From Lytechinus pictus (Eukaryota): 64,000 nt of DNA. The translations under genes and the position numbers were made by a program. Positions 62,983 through 64,000 of this stretch are shown piece after piece. Position 1 is the stretch's first letter; every line of letters starts with the position of its first letter. The DNA lies in contig NC_087250.1 in the NCBI RefSeq assembly GCF_037042905.1, positions 25,236,001-25,300,000 on the forward strand, in the 5' to 3' direction. A model generated the notes under the pieces. That model saw only the letters and a list, made by a program, of their open reading frames with translations. It was not told where the DNA came from and did not search any database.

Positions 62983-64000
62983 AGTCATGGATCGAGCTCA
63001 CGAGGGGGGAGGGGTATAGGAGTAAGTGGGAGGAGCTTGGGGAGGCAGGGAAGTGGACTGGAATCTTCGCTGGATGAGAAGAGCAAAAGAGGCCAAATAA
63101 ACGACATTGATTGATAGGTTGAAGAAACCATGGCAATTAAGGCCTTGTACCAAGGGCGGCGGAATGTATTTTCGTTTCGGGGGGGGGGGGGCAAAGCCAA
63201 AACAGGGCACTTATATGCCAAAAAGAGCATTTTGGTGCAAACGGATATTTTCACCATTAGATTATCACCTGTGTGAAGAAGTTGTGTGTGTTTTGTATTA
63301 ATGAAGTTGAGCAAAGTCTTTTTTAAACTGATTTCTGATTGATAAGAGTCATATTTTTCGCGAGTAGCGTAGCGAGGGAGCGGTTTGGAATAATTTTCAA
63401 ATCTGAAGTTGTAAAATTCGCTTTTTTGTCAATTGTGGACCTAATTACTGCAAAAAGGGCATCCTTGCGAGATGTTGAGTGCGCGAGCTCAATTTTTTGG
63501 AATTTTGGGTAATAAGACATTGAAAAGTAAACGTTCCAAGCATTTTTTGTAATCATGAAAGGATGTGAATCTAACTAAATAATTAACGCAAGCGCGAAGC
63601 GCGAGCTGAAATTTTTAATATATTGACCAGAAAAAGAACCTTTTAAAGTCATGAATAGGATACGGGCTACATATCTCACCAATCTAATAATGGGAGCGCG
63701 AAGCGCGAGCTGAAAATTTGTGATATTCAAACCAGAAAACTGGACATTCTACATGTTCTAGGCATTTCATTTAACCAGGAACAGAATGACTACCTTAATA
63801 AACAATAATTGGTGTCTTAACATTTTAACAGTTTTGTACCAAATACAATTTTTGGTTTAGATGAAAATAAATGAATTAAACGGGATTTTTTGACTCACCG
63901 TACGACCTACGTAGGAAAATGTGACTGCAGCATAAATCCCCATACGTAATGTTAATCTAAATAGAAAATGCGCTATGCAATCATAGGAAGATTTAGTCTT

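Overview
AT-rich, repeat-dense eukaryotic (animal) genomic DNA. The intron-containing genes and the transposon spectrum suggest a marine invertebrate such as a sea urchin (inference). Genes rebuilt by hand from splice sites and frame continuity: (1) a minus-strand DUF547-type gene with 5 exons (11400->778, running off the window), containing a U12-type GT-AG intron; (2) head-to-head with it, an intact 381-aa Merlin/IS1595-like transposase ORF with a degenerate catalytic core and no visible TIRs, 636 bp upstream of (3) a complete 7-exon TBC1D7 (295 aa); (4) an orphan C-type lectin first exon followed by a ~2.3-kb array of a 26-bp unit; (5) an intronless class A GPCR pseudogene broken by two DNA-transposon insertions and a frameshift; (6) a 3-exon gene for a signal peptide + TMDD1-like death fold + highly basic tail. 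Mobile DNA includes an L1/Tx1 3' end, CR1/L2 fragments, and a LINE split by a young non-autonomous LTR element that is itself split by an EnSpm-type element. There are also Kolobok-, hAT-, Harbinger-, Crypton- and Helentron-type non-autonomous elements and tRNA-derived sequences. All family assignments rest on recalled motifs, not on database searches.
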